Below, in pieces: positions 36,305 through 36,419 of a stretch of 36,419 nucleotides of DNA (position 1 is its first letter; the number at the start of each line of letters is the position of its first letter). The notes under the pieces are model-generated. The model saw only the letters and a list, made by a program, of their open reading frames with translations. It did not search any database and was not told where the DNA came from. Location: the NCBI GenBank assembly GCA_049508565.1, contig JBELAT010000016.1, positions 1 to 36,419 of the forward strand, written 5' to 3'. The stretch is from Endomicrobiales bacterium. Lineage in GTDB: Bacteria; Elusimicrobiota; Endomicrobiia; Endomicrobiales; CAIRNS01. The translations under genes and the position numbers were made by a program.

Positions 36305-36419
36305 TCAAGGTGCTAGTGCAACAGTCTTTGCAAAAGCCTCAATTGATGTGGCAAATTTCAAGCATTTGCGTGGTCTGTTATTGAGCCACGTTTCGACCGC
36401 TTGAATCTCTTCTAAAGAT
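36305..36419 (-). mobile_element. IS30-family insertion sequence: 3' end of the transposase ORF (partial, enters from the right edge)
   Basis: Not in the ORF track. My translation of the minus strand from 36418 is SLEEIQAVETWLNNRPRKCLKFATSIEAFAKTVALAP, then a stop (TGA 36307..36305). The ...LN.RPRK.L.F.T..E.F tail is the characteristic C-terminus of IS30-type DDE transposases. Confidence 0.6.

Noticed and set aside
1-36419. Visual scan for CRISPR-like regularly spaced repeats, rRNA/tRNA genes, toxin-antitoxin pairs, restriction-modification or other defence cassettes, and phage/integrase genes
   Set aside because: None was found. Every ORF over ~100 aa on the coding strand is accounted for by metabolic, respiratory or transport functions. 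The only mobile-element signal is the IS30 transposase tail at the right edge.

Overview
The window is an almost uninterrupted minus-strand gene array from a bacterium I cannot identify. Only one gene, 19992-20327, lies on the plus strand.

Reading the minus strand 5'->3' (right to left), the content is:
- the tail of an IS30-family transposase at the right edge
- rpiB, tal, a 4-TM protein, pgm, a frameshifted lipoprotein, glgP, glgX, a HAD phosphatase and xfp (glycogen breakdown, phosphoketolase and non-oxidative pentose-phosphate genes)
- a 627-bp AT-rich spacer
- a P3A-type (plasma-membrane-type) H+-ATPase with an overlapping AtpZ/AtpI-like mini membrane protein
- a small secreted repeat protein on the plus strand
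- a ~460-bp AT-rich spacer
- a respiratory toolkit block: NDH-2-like flavoprotein, MenA-type prenyltransferase, polyprenyl diphosphate synthase, a minimal ResB/Ccs1-like protein and CcsA
- a 5'-truncated gnd
- a membrane-anchored GyrI-like protein
- split transketolase, rpe, an rpiB relic, zwf, pgl and an AIF-family flavoprotein
- an Alternative Complex III operon (actABCDEF, with actB broken by an internal deletion/frameshift)
- a CydA-like membrane protein that runs off the left edge

I saw no rRNA, tRNA, CRISPR array, or recognisable defence or toxin system.

The points most worth a second look are:
1. An AIF-like flavoprotein is translationally stitched between zwf-pgl and ACIII, and a bd-like subunit is coupled to actF.
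2. A P3A H+-ATPase is paired with an AtpZ-like protein inside an AT-rich-flanked insert.
3. The clustered gene set could run a glycogen -> phosphoketolase carbon-rearrangement route.
4. There are four independent gene lesions (actB, rpiB relic, gnd, lipoprotein). They indicate either operon remodelling and decay or assembly errors.

All functional calls come from motif recognition in the translated ORFs and from operon context. No database search was possible.
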